DNA of 64,000 nucleotides from Paraspadella gotoi (lineage: Eukaryota > Animalia > Chaetognatha). Below are positions 51,421-64,000 of this stretch, one piece after another. The first letter of the stretch is position 1. Each line of letters opens with the position of its first letter. The notes under the pieces were generated by a model. The model did no database searches. It saw only the letters and a list, made by a program, of their open reading frames with translations, and was not told the DNA's origin. The stretch lies in the NCBI GenBank assembly GCA_051294375.1, contig CM119269.1, positions 7,933,225 through 7,997,224 of the forward strand. Reading direction: 5' to 3'. The position numbers and the translations under genes were made by a program.

Positions 51421-53421
51421 GAATCAAGAAACCGGGCCCGCCGACGTCCCAAACTACCCACCTCTCCCTCCTTGCCGCATCCACCCCCACCCACTACCCA
51501 TATCAGACCCCACTTTCGCCTCAACTGCCTCCTTTCTCCACTACCTTTTTTCCCCCCGCTCCACATGCTCCCAAACCCATCGGTCCCCCACCCCCCAAAA
51601 ACTCAAAGCCAAAGACACCCTCCACTTTTCCCTCTTGCCTCTCCCCCTTCTCGCACGTATCTGCCATTTCCCCCACCACTTCACCATCACCCGATTCGTT
51701 CTTAAAAAAAAACAAAACTGAAAATTAAATTATGTCTGATAACAATTCAAGAAAAAAACCTCGAGAAAACTTTTAATTATTAATCCCTTCGAAATTGATA
51801 GACCCCCCTTCGGCCACCCCGCCCTGCCCCATCCCATCCTTTCCCTCACGTTCTCATCCCCCCTTCTTTCCTCTTTACTTCCCCCGCTTATTCAAGAGGC
51901 GATGAAAGGTTATGGGAAAATCGATTCTCGGGAAATGGGGAGAAAATGGATAAGGATGAAGGACGGAGCCGCGTCTTCATTTTAACCCCTCCCCTTTCCC
52001 CCTCCATCCTATCCTTTCCTTCTTGCCTCTCTCCCTCCGTGCCCCCTTTTATACCGGCGCTATTTGGTATGATAACGACGACGAAGGCGATTAACGACTA
52101 CTCGTCGTTGTCGTCGTCGTCGCCGTCGTTCTCTTCCTGAATTTCCCGCCAATCATGCCACTCCGCCCCCCTACCCACTCTTGCGATTGCGCTTTTTTTT
52201 TACTTATTTCTTTCTCTCTCGCCTCTCTTCTTCACTAATTACCTGGGGGAACAAAAACAAAAACATAACACATTAACGAAATGTATATTAGATTTCTATT
52301 CGGAAGGGAAGATTCGCTAATCCGAGGTTTGCGCGACCCTGGATCTTTCGCATTGAGTGAAATGTGAGAGATTTCCGCCGAAGTTGTTGTTGTTGTTTTG
52401 TTATACTGATTATCTTTATGCATATTTTTTTTTATAGATTGTCATAATGACGGCCAGTCGAGAACTTCCTTAAAAATCAAGTTCGTTCTTGCGTCTATAT
52501 TTTTTTTTCATTACATATTTTTTTTTTTCAATATTAAAAAAAATCACGTTCCGAACATAAAAGTTTCGATCAACTAATTTTACTACAACGTTGGTTACAA
52601 GTCGAATGTAGAAATTCAGTTTCCGATTCCAAACGACCGAAGTTCGAAAACCAACTAAAGCCAAGTACGACTTAAACGGAAGTACATATAATAGCGAAAA
52701 TATCCCCCGGGGTCCCTTTTCAACTTCCCCCCTTTCGAAAGAACCACTGCCCAAAGGGGTCTCCCCCCCCCCAACCCTCTTATTAACTCTGGGTCCTCGT
52801 GGTTTTTCCCTGATCCACAACCCACGTGGTTTTTTCCTTTCTCTTTCCCGCGAGATTACCGATGCCAAGGGGGGGGGGATTACCGATGCCAAGGGGGGAG
52901 GATGGAGGTTCTTTTATTATTATCGTTATCGATGGAGTTAACCTCGTTCCGCATTGGCGCTCCCTTTTTATTCCCTTCTTCCTCTTCCTCTCACTCGCTC
53001 TTCCGCCTCTTTCTCTTCCGGACAAAGTTTTCGCCTCTTGTGATCGAATGGAGGAAAAGTGAATGAAAGGAAAAAGAAAAGAAGTTGAAAAGGTGAAAGT
53101 GAATGAAAGGAAAAAGAAAAGAAGTTGAAAGGGTGAAAGTGAAAGAGAGAGGAAAAATAGAAGAAAAAAAGTCATTAAAAGTTAAGAGACGCAATGTGTA
53201 AAAGAAAGAATCGTTTTCCGTTTGGAAGGTGAAAGAAAGAGAAAAAAAAAAGCCACGTTGACGGAAAAATTACAGGTTGTCATTATAATATCTATTGAGG
53301 ATTTTACCGTAACGCCGTGAGCGAGCTAGTGTTTTCTGACTTGCTATTTATTTATAGAGATTCGAAGAATGTAAATTTAGTAATATTTATTGTAGTAGAC
53401 ATAACATGAGCGTGAGACGTG

Positions 53422-53553
53422 AAGCAAGTAGAAGGGAGACTATTAGCAAGTCGAAGGGAGACATAAAGCAAGTCGAAGGGAGACATAAAGCAAGTCGAAG
53501 GGAGACATAAAGCAAGTCGAAGGGAGACATAAAGCAAGTCGAAGGGAGACTAT
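53422..53553. repeat. 22-bp minisatellite
   Basis: About 6 tandem copies of aagcaagtcgaagggagacata. Confidence 0.9.
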
Positions 53554-54236
53554 TTCTAAAGATACAAAAAAATAAGAACTTATTAAAAATAGTCAACTTT
53601 AAGCTTAACCATAAAATTACAAAATATCATTTTAAATGCTTACCGACTGTCACGAATCATTGGTAACTTATCCTCTTAGTTTTAGGTAAGCACATCTCTT
53701 TTATATCTTTTGTTAAGGCACAATCATAAGGACTAACCAATCAGAGAGCGACTTTTAAAATACTTGATCAATCAGATACTTCGTAAGCAACAAAAATACG
53801 AATTCAATAATAAAAAGGGCATCAAACAACCGAGAGACTATCTCGTAACAAATAAAAATTTAACAATATCTATGGCATTGTTGTTGTACAATAGTGAGGG
53901 AACTCTTGCTTCCGAATTTACAAAAAAAAATCTGTCTAAAATAAACTTTTTAGAATTGATGAACTTTGTTTCTTGTCCTTAATTCACTGGTTATTTAACA
54001 ACCTTAGAAGTTTGAACCTTTTACCCTGTCAGACTTTTAACTTTTCTTTTTGTTCAAAGTCATTACTACTTTTTTTCTCCCCTTCGAAAATGTTGACCTA
54101 TAATTCGAGGACAAAACACAATTTTTTTTGTGACTTTAATTTTTTTTTTAATTGTTTTTTTTTTAATGAACATTGGATATTTTACCCAATGCCTATTCAA
54201 GCAATGTCGGGCTATTCGTCAGTATTTGTGCCCTAG

Positions 54237-54585
54237 CCCCTTTCGAACTTATTTCACCAGAACGCCCCATTTTATAATAAATTTTGAATAAAATAAATTT
54301 TTTGAGTTTTAGATTAGATTAAAGGTTTAGATTTGAGATTAGGTGGGGGACTTCAGTTTGTGATATGGGTTAAAGGAATTAGGGCAGGGTTTGAGGTTAA
54401 GGTGTTACAAAATTTAGTGATAATGGTTGAGGTTAGGGTTACAAATTAGTGATAATGGTTGAGGGTTAGGGTTACAAATTAGTGATAATGGTTGAGGGTT
54501 AGGGTTCGGGAATAGGTTAAAATTAAATTAAATTAAATTAATTAAAAAACGAAGAGAAATGGGGCTCTATCGGGAAAGAGAGTCT
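54237..54585. mobile_element. Short MITE-like element with TTAGGG-like interior; a related copy lies in opposite orientation at ~61350-61668
   Basis: Ends cttatttcaccagaacgccccatt / aatggggctctatcgggaaagagag. The interior has three ~31-bp units containing gggttagggtt. 61350-61668 has ctcttttccgagaatgccc...cctaa-rich...aattgggcgttctgagaaaataag. Confidence 0.5.
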
Positions 54586-54952
54586 TTATCTCTATTGAAA
54601 TCATTATTAGTTTCGTGATTTCTAAGACAAAAATAAACCGGTTGACTCGATAACTTAAGATCACCTCGCTGTGGTAATCTCAATCGTTTATTCAAAGTTC
54701 TCGTTGAACCCTTTGATAAGGATTGCAATTTGACAATAAATTGTTTGAGAATTTTAAGAACACTAATTTTCTTTTCAAATACGATGCTAATGCATGCAAT
54801 AATTTAATCTTTATAACTAGTATATATAAAGGGAACGCATTCCAAAGAATTCACTGCCATTCCCCGACGAATTCTTTTCTCGGGAGATACTATTTGTGTT
54901 GTTTGGAGTGGGAGTGAGTGAGAGATAGAGAGAAAGAGATAGAGGGAGTGGA

Positions 54953-54988
<36 letters not shown>

Positions 54989-55102
54989 TGGGAGTAAATC
55001 GAGATTGACACAAAGAGGTGTGGCCCTCACTGGGGTTTCGCTGCCCTCCTTTCTCCGATTATTTATTTTCTTGTTCTTCTCTTGACATTTTTCTTGATAT
55101 GC

Positions 55103-56097
55103 TCTTTTTTTCTTTTTTCGTTGCAAAAGTCCGTGGCGTTGTTCATTAGTCATTCCCTAGTATTTGACTGTGGATTGTTTATCTTTTTTAGAAGTTTCTC
55201 CGGAAAGCTAATAAAAATGAATTACGTTTTCAGCCTTTTAGCAGTCGATTAGTTTGTTTATTTTTACTTGTGTATTTGTTTGTTTCTTCTTCTTTGACTT
55301 TTCTACTAATTTGGGTTATGTATTCGGTGCACGTGCAACAACTCTAAGCAATTTACCTTTCTGTCGTGATCGGGTGTTTATCGAGGTAAAACCACACTCA
55401 TGAACATTCGGTACCGGACCCAGGTCGGGACCTATTTCCTCCGGCGAAGCGTGCGGACGGCCAAAAATCGCCTTTGGGGGCGCGGAAAACCGTCCAGCCT
55501 GGTTCCAAGCCAAGGACACGTTCCATGGCGGTCCTCAAGGGGGTTAAGAAGTTTCGGGATAACACTCTTCAGCCCACTTAGCGCCGTATCCAGTTCCAAT
55601 ATCCAAATTAATGCAAGATTTCTCATAAGCGTCCTATTTTTTTCGATTTATCACTTCAGGATCTATTTCTTGTTTCATTGATTTACGTCGGCGCTTTAAT
55701 GGACGCCAATTTGACAACAACAACGACAACCAATTTAAAATCGATCGAATTTTTAGGTCTAGATCTCCGTTGCGTCACCGAAGCGTCGGGCGCTCCCCAA
55801 AACGCCCGAGTTCGCCCACCGGAACCCGTGGCGGCCTCTCGCGGCGACGAAAGAGACTTAAGCCGATAAACCAAAAGTCTCTGTCGTTCCGAAAATGGAA
55901 GTCGGTTTGCATAAGCGGAAGATTTAGGCGCCTTCGATCTTCCAAGCCTTTGTTTTCTTTTAGGAATTTACTAAAACGGGAGAAGTTGTGTGTGCGTGCG
56001 CTCTGTCTTCTGTCTCTGTCTACTCTCTCTCTTTGTCTCTTGTTCTTCTGATATGCTCTCTCTCTTTCTTTCTCTCTCTCTCCTTCTCTCTCTCTCT

Positions 56098-56128
<31 letters not shown>

Positions 56129-56130
56129 CT
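55103..56130 (-). repeat. ~1-kb inverted duplication, left arm
   Basis: Reverse complement of ~59470-60460, differing mainly by 1-bp indels. Confidence 0.9.
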
Positions 56131-56363
56131 CTCTCCTCTCTCTGACACCCCGCACGGTGAAATCGAAGGAAGCAAGGTTGCTGGAAAAGGATGCGAGGCT
56201 AGCGGAGAAGGAGCGAGAGGAGAGAGGAGGGTAATGGCATTCCCTTGAAATGCCTGACAAGAAAAAAAATAGATTGAAGTGGGTTCAGAGCTAAATCGGG
56301 TTCCGTTATTGTAAGAAGAGAAGAGGATCGAGAGAGAGAGAGAGAGAGAGAGAGAAGAGAGAA

Positions 56364-56398
<35 letters not shown>

Positions 56399-56662
56399 CT
56401 GATCGCNNNNNNNNNNNNNNNNNNNNNNNNNATTGTGGATGTTTCATGTCCGAAGCAGAGATGGTCTCCTTTTTCAACTTCGTGGTTCTAATCGATAAAA
56501 ATCTTTTCTCTTCAGAATTTCCACTCGGTGCTGCTGACGAAGTCCCACCTTCCCCAACGGTTGGTTTAATTAATAATAGTTTAATTTGTTTAATAACCTA
56601 CCATAATGTTGACCAGCTGCCCCTATCGACTTTTATCCACTTTTATCTCTCCGTAACTAAAT

Positions 56663-56802
<140 letters not shown>

Positions 56803-57667
56803 GAATGATTTACATCGGGGTCAAAAAGGATTCCTTATCTCGTTTACAATCGAGCGCCAATATTACGGATGGATGAGTCCACGTTGTTCGCTTTTTCTGT
56901 TTCTGCTGAATCTCGGGAACCACGAAGGTCGAATCCACTAGGGGGACGACGGCGACGACGATAACGACGACGACTATAACGACGATAAAAACGGCAACGA
57001 TGTGAGATGATGACGTGTTGACGATCGTGATGATGATTACGACGAAAATGACGCGAAGAAACGAAAAGAGTGAAAAGGACGACGACGAATAAAGGAAATG
57101 GCGCGAAACCAGGATTTCCCGGGAGGGAAGTCCGGTTCGACGCTCGGCCGGTTGTCAAGTTGTGCGGACGTCTTAAAATTTAGTTTTTAAAAACCGAAGA
57201 AAAAAAGTTACCTGGTATGTCCGCAAATTTTTTTAGGATAAGAATATAAGGTACTTTTAATAAATATGTAGAATATTAACGACAGAAATGGGATCGATGG
57301 GACGGAACAACCGAAACTAAAATCTAAGGCGAGTCGTCGGCCTGTTTATTTCTTCGGGGAAATTGCCATTCGTCATGGGATATTGCCATACATCGTCAGG
57401 CCTAGCGATTTGGCTCTGGACACTGCCAGTGGCAAAACGATGGCCTCCGTCACTGGATGTTGCCATCTGCTATCGAATGTTACCATCGAATATCGCCATA
57501 CTATACGCTGATTCCAATTTTCTTTCGGGGACGTTGAACGCTCGACACGAAATGTTGCAAAGTAATTAAATTGTAATAAAGGAATAACAGCGAAAAGATA
57601 CAGTCAATAATTTTCGTTTTTGCACAATTTTGGGTAATGTGTGAGATTTTCCAAAAAAAAAGAAGAA

Positions 57668-57777
<110 letters not shown>

Positions 57778-59306
57778 AAAGCATAAGAGAATTCTTACGC
57801 CTTTTATTTTATAAACTCGATAATTTTTTTTTTTAATTTGTCTTGTGTCTTCCAATTAAAATTATCGTTTACAGAAAGAAGGCCAAATAAAAAGTATTAA
57901 ATGTTTTGATTTAAAACGGTGATTAATTATACAAAACGAACGAAAGAAACGAAGAAACAAGCAAACGATATAGGACACAAAACAATTAATAAAAAACAAA
58001 AGAATTATCGGTGTAAGCTCGATTAACTAATCAATTAAGCTTAATTAATTAACTACGTGAGCTTAATGACTCAATCACAGTTTTTTTTTCGGTGGAGGAC
58101 GAGGACGGGGTGAACCGACGCATGCTCTGGATTCCTTGAATTCTTTTCCAGGGGCGGGGGAATGTGCGCAGGGAGGAGAGAGAGAGAGAGAGAAGAGAGA
58201 GAGCAAGAAGAGAAGAGAGAGAGAGAGAGAGAGAGATAGAGAGAGAGAGAAACAGAGAGAGAGACATTCTCAATAGTATCTCAGTTTTTTTTTCGACATC
58301 TCGAAATTCCAGAGAATTTTGGCAAAAGGAAGATGAGCGATGGAAAACAGAAGAGGTCAAGTAATGAGGGACAAGGAAAGATGGACAAATCTTAGAGACG
58401 AGGAATGAGGGGGAAAAGGATGGACAAACTTGAGAGACAAGGAAAGATGGGCCAATCTGATGGACGAGGAAGAATGAACAAAAATGAATGCGCAAACAAA
58501 AATGGACAAATCGGAGATAGAGAATCGTAAATGAAATGATGGAAAATGAATAATGGAAAAAAAATAAAATGATGGAAAATGAATAATAGAAAAAAATTAA
58601 ATGATGGAAAAAGTAGAAAAAGTGTAAAACGGTTCATTGTCCAAGAAAATTGTTTAGGATAAGAATGAACAAAAAGACTAAATTAAGGTTAGAGATGTCA
58701 AAAACAACCAGGGATGTCAAATATTTTGTCGGAAATTGTTTTTAATTCGTTTCGCTCAACGTGTCAGCAATATCATAATGTAACTAGCCAAGTACCCAAA
58801 AATCAATTCATTACTCTCTTTATTAACTTATTAATTCGTTAATTTATTAATTCGTTACTCTCATCATTAATTACGTCGTTTGTTTCCCAAACGGAAGCGA
58901 ATCGTGAAATCGAATTGACATCATCGTCGCCGCGTAATGGCGCGCGTCATCGATTGCGTCAAAACCTTCGATCCGAAAAAAAAGAAAAAAGGAACAAAAC
59001 AAATCGAGGAATTTGCGTCGTTGTTGGCGTCGACGTCGTCGTCGTCGTTTGTGTTGTTGCGTTACTATTTTATGTTTTCCCCAATTGGTAATTTGTTATT
59101 CTTTACCTAAAAATACAAAAATGCGTGAATTTGAGACGAAGAAAAAATTGTTTCAAAATTATTTTAAGGTCTTCTTTTTTGTTGTTGTAATCGTTTTTTT
59201 TTTCTTTCTTTAAAAAAGGCATAAAATTGACAACAACGACAGCGAACGCACTTAATATGCAAATGAATGGACATTAATTTTGTTTTGATCCCTATTGCGT
59301 TCCGAT

Positions 59307-59357
<51 letters not shown>

Positions 59358-59467
59358 TAGAGAGAGAGAGAGTGAGAGAGAGAGGAGAGAAAGAAACAGG
59401 CAGATCAGACAGACAGACAGACAGAGGCAAAAGAGGGGAGTCACACCGAGAGAGAGAACCGAAAAGA

Positions 59468-59469
<2 letters not shown>

Positions 59470-59499
<30 letters not shown>

Positions 59500-59528
59500 A
59501 GAGAGAGGAGAGAGAGAGAGAGAGAAGA

Positions 59529-59574
<46 letters not shown>

Positions 59575-60460
59575 GAGACAGAGACAGAGCCACGCACACA
59601 CAACTTCTCCCGTTTTGTAATTCCTAAAAGAAAAACAAAGGCTTGGAAGATCGAAGGCGCCTAAATCTCCGCTTATGCAAACCGACTTTCCATTTTCGCG
59701 ACGACAGAGACTTTTGTTTATCGGCTTAAGTCTCTTCGTCGCCGCGAGAGGCCGCCACGGGTTCCGGGTGGGCGACCTCGGGCGTTTGGGGAGCGCCGAC
59801 CTTCGGTGACGCACGGAGATCTAGACTAAAATCGATCGATTTTAATTGGTTGTCGTTGTTGTTGTCATTGGCGTCATTAGCGCCGACGTAATCAATGAAA
59901 AACAAGAAATAGATCCTGAAGTGATAAATCGAAAAAAAATAGGACGCTTATGAGAAATCTTGCATTAATTGGATATTGGAACTGGATACGGCGCTAAGTG
60001 GGCTGAAGAGTGTTATCCCGAACTTCTTTAACCCCCTTGAGCCGCCATGGAACGTGTCCTTGGCTTGGAACCAGGCTGGACGGTTTTCCGCGCCCCCAAG
60101 GCGATTTTTGGCCGTCCGCACGCTTCCCGGAGGAAATAGGTCCCGCCTGGTCCCGGTACCGAATGTTCATGAGCTGATGGTTTTTACTCGATAAACCACC
60201 CGATCACGACAGAAGGTAACATTGCTTAGAGTTGTTGCAGTGACCGAATACATAACCACAAATTAGTAGAAAAGTCAAAGAAGAGAAACAAACAAATACA
60301 CAAGTAAAAATAAACAAACTAATCGACTGCTAAAAGCTGAAAACGTAATTCATTTTTATTAACTTTCGAGAAACTTTCTAAAAAAGATAAACAATCCCAC
60401 AGTCAAATACTAGGGAATGACTAATGAACAACGCCACGGACTTTTGGCAACGAAAAAAGA
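59470..60460 (+). repeat. ~1-kb inverted duplication, right arm
   Basis: Reverse complement of 55103-56130 (for example ELDTALSGLKSVIP is encoded in both arms). Confidence 0.9.
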
Positions 60461-60697
60461 AAAAGATGACGACAACAACAACAACTGGCGAGAGCGACAA
60501 TGAAAATTCATTTCCGTCGTCGTCGTCGTCGTCGTCGTTCGAACCAAATTTTTTTTTGCCGCCAAAAAATCGAGTCTATTTTTTTTCTTTTCTGAGAGAA
60601 AAAGTTGGATTCTTCGGAGATGAATCATATTGTTCTCCTTTTTTTTTCTACTTTATTTTTCCTTTTTCATCCTTTTTTCTCCTTTTTAAAAACTTTT

Positions 60698-60793
<96 letters not shown>

Positions 60794-60809
60794 TTCTTTC
60801 TCTCTCCCC

Positions 60810-60841
<32 letters not shown>

Positions 60842-62115
60842 CGCCCCGTCTATTAAACTTTTCTCTTCCCCTCTTTCTCATTAACTCTTTTTTTCAGTCA
60901 TTCACCTTTTTTTTTAACTTCGCAATCCAGACTTTTTTTTCAGACGGGAAGAAAAGGCCGTTTGGGAGATGTTATGACTCAAACGGAGAGAACGGCTTCT
61001 TTATTTCTTTCTCTCCTTCTTTCTTCTTCCGTTTTTCTCTTTATCATTTCTTCTCTCCTTCTCGCTTTCCTTCGCTCCCCGTCGGCGCGATGATAATCGG
61101 TTAACATCCCAAGAATGTTTATTATATTTGACGATGATGTTTATTATTTGACGATAACAATATATATCCGACGAATTCCAACGCCGATTTAAAAAAAACA
61201 ACAGACTTAGTTCGTTCTCTTAATTTTTGCGTAACTGAGCCAATATTGATATTAGTTATTGCTTCTCATATCTTCTCATTACTGTGTATTGTGTAATCTG
61301 AAATCCATTGCGCAATCGAAGTTCAGAAACTTTACTGTATAATATTTTGGGCACTCTTTTCCGAGAATGCCCGCTTTTCTGTTCGTTTTTCCAATAATTT
61401 TTTTTTTAACCTTAATATTTAACTTAAATGTATTTTTAAACATATAAACCATTCCCTAAACCTAATTTTTAACCCTATCCTTAACTATGAATGTTAATCC
61501 CTAACCTAAATCCCTAATCATAATCACAAATCAAGTCCCTAACCTTAATCATTACCCTAATCCTTAACCTAATCCCTAGCCTTAAGCATTATCCTAATTT
61601 TTAACTTTAAAAATCAACCTAATTTCGAATTTTAGATAGAATTGGGCGTTCTGAGAAAATAAGGCCACATTTTGATATCTGAGTCATTGGTGTCGGGCGA
61701 AGAAAAGGGCAATTGGAGGATAAGACATAAAACGAGAAAATAAGAAAAGAAAGTGTGTAACGATTAAAAAAATTTAATTGCTAATGAAGAAAAAAGAAGA
61801 AAAGAAAGAAAAAAATAAAAAACCGAAACGGAAAAACAAGAAATCAAAAAATAAACAAAGGATTATCGAACTAATGACGAAGGTCACAAGGGCGATCAAA
61901 CTATATGTAATTGTCTCTCCCTTCCGCTTCTTTAAAAGAGATTGAACCTGTCTGACTTTTTCGCAACCCGCGACCTCGTCGACACAACACCCCGCGTCTA
62001 ATGGGCGATCAACTGGCGAAATCGCACGGGGCGTTTCCAACTCGGAAATTAGCGGAGGGAAAGAAGAAAATGAATTCCCGGATTCCCGGCGGTGGGAAAT
62101 TGATTGAAGAGAGAG

Positions 62116-62182
<67 letters not shown>

Positions 62183-62476
62183 TAAAAAAGCTAGTGACCT
62201 TTCTAATATCGTCATTCTTTATTTCACATTTATTTATTAAGTCGCTATATATCTCAATGGTTAGAAAAGTATAATATAAAATAAGTAAAAAAATGAAAGC
62301 GAAAAAGAAGGGAAAGAGAGAAAGAAAAAAAGAAAAAAAGCAAGAGAGAAAGAAGGAAAGAAAATAGAAAGAATGAAAGAAAAAAATAAAGAAATAAAGA
62401 AAGAAAGAAAAAAGGAAAGAAAGAAAAAAGGAGAGAAAGAAAGAAAGAAGGAAAGAAAGAAAGAAAGAAAGAAAAA

Positions 62477-62512
<36 letters not shown>

Positions 62513-62979
62513 GAGCAAACTTTTCGCCATAACTTCTCCTTTTCTGTGCAAAGGTCAGATGTACTAAACGGAAAAGACTTTTTCAAAATTTTATTTTTAG
62601 TCGAAACCGGAAAAGATTTTTATTTTTTACGGTCAAAAAACCATTTTACCCGAACTTTCAAGAGAAATGAAAATTTCTTTTTCACTAGTTAACTTCTAAC
62701 ATATTTTATTTAAAATATTTTTACTAAAAATTTTAGGTGCATTCATTTTTTAACATATGAGTATTAATTAAGTCATTAATTCGTTTTTACTTATAATTCC
62801 TTCATCAATTTCTACATTTTTTTATCACTGTTTTCCGAATGCGCCCCATTTCTGTTTCCTGAACTTGGTCTTATCCCTATTATTTAATCCTAATCTATAA
62901 TTACAATCCTCAATTCCTATCCTTAATCCCTAATTATTAACAATGATTTTTAACCTAATACCTAATAACTAAAAAATAA

Positions 62980-63978
62980 AACAAGTTTGAGCAAACAATG
63001 TCGGATCTGCCTACGATAATTAAGCGGTAATCAGCTAATCATATGATAAATCATAATATTTAAAAAAAATTTTTAACTCGCATCATTTTTTCAACTCGCA
63101 TCATTTTTTCAACTTCCATCATTTTTTCAACTCACATCATTTTTTTCAATTTGCATCATTTTTACAATTCACATCATTTTTTCTACTTGCATCATTTTTT
63201 TAACTTGCATCTTTTTTTTAACTTGCATCATTTTTTTTAACTTGCATCATTTCTTTTAACTTGCATCATTTTTTCAACTTGCATAATTTTTTTAAATTGC
63301 ATAATTTGTTTACATTAATTAATTAATTAAAACATTTATTAGTAATCATAAATAATAAAGATTCAAGTAAATGTGACTTATGTTTTTTCCATTTAAGCTC
63401 ATTTCCACTGGCACGATTCCGTCAGAACTTTATATCTCGCTTCTTCACACACTTTCCTACCCGCACACAAAATTTCATCTCAATCTATTAATTCAATTAT
63501 GATTAATTCGAGTAATTATGGGTTAAAATAAGTAAAAAGATTCAAGTAAAAGTGACTCATTTCCACTAGCACGTTTCCACCGAAACTTTATATCAAGCTT
63601 TGTCACACACTTTCCTTCCCACTTTCCTTCCAAATTTCAACTCAATCTATCCATCCAATTATTATTAATTATAGTAATTATTTGTGAAAATAAGTAAAAA
63701 GATTTTAGTAAATGCGACTTATGTTTTTTCCATTTCCACTCGCACGATTCCATCGAGACTTTGTATCCAGCTTCATCACACACTTTCCTACCCACAAACA
63801 AAATTCCATTCCAATCCAATCACCCTATCACGAGTTATTGGAACTTTTTGCTAAGGTGGGACGGACGGACGGACAGACAGACAGACGGACGGACATCATT
63901 TTTTTTGAGGGGGCGGACCGACGGACCGACAAAGTGAATTATAGAGACGGGATCTGCTGAAAGCAGATCCGACTAAAA
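62980..63978 (+). mobile_element. Helentron-associated non-autonomous element (DINE-1/HINE-like)
   Basis: 5' subTIR GTCGGATCTGC (63000-63010) vs 3' GCAGATCCGAC (63963-63973). 3' hairpin GGATCTGCT-gaa-AGCAGATCC. (GACG/GACA)n microsatellite at 63861-63895. ~13 copies of a ~17-bp unit (63075-63310) and 3 copies of a ~170-bp unit (63355-63820). Confidence 0.75.
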
Positions 63979-64000
63979 ATTCTGAATGTATTCAGAAATA

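Noticed and set aside
54350-54510. True telomere or interstitial telomeric array
   Set aside because: Only scattered TTAGGG-like units inside a dispersed short element, not a perfect array.

Overview
Eukaryotic, animal-type genomic DNA, not prokaryotic. It has GC-rich exons, short AT-rich GT-AG introns, many (GA)n/(TTTC)n/(AAAT)n microsatellites and several N gaps; ~44-60 kb looks indel-prone. Genes reconstructed by hand from splice sites and motifs: the 3' part of a kinesin-like gene with degenerate switch I/II motifs; a WW+BAG co-chaperone (BAG3-like) with upstream heat-shock elements; an intronless GT10 alpha-1,3-fucosyltransferase; a 6-exon P-loop GTPase with a Cys-rich tail; a divergent TRPC-type channel that appears to lie inside a same-strand intron of a mucin-like membrane protein gene; a large low-complexity protein with a possible PEAK/pragmin-like pseudokinase end; and a frameshifted eIF4G-like MA3+W2 region. 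The most striking element is a 653-bp non-coding LTR retroelement (10092-10744) with 4-bp TSD, tRNA-Trp-like PBS and PPT. Its LTRs carry a 72-nt tRNA-like sequence and have TA...CA ends, and two solo LTRs of the family are nearby. Also present: palindromic MITEs, Helentron/DINE-like elements, a one-end-truncated retro-repeat family and a ~1-kb inverted duplication. No database searches were run, so all homology calls rest on recalled motifs.
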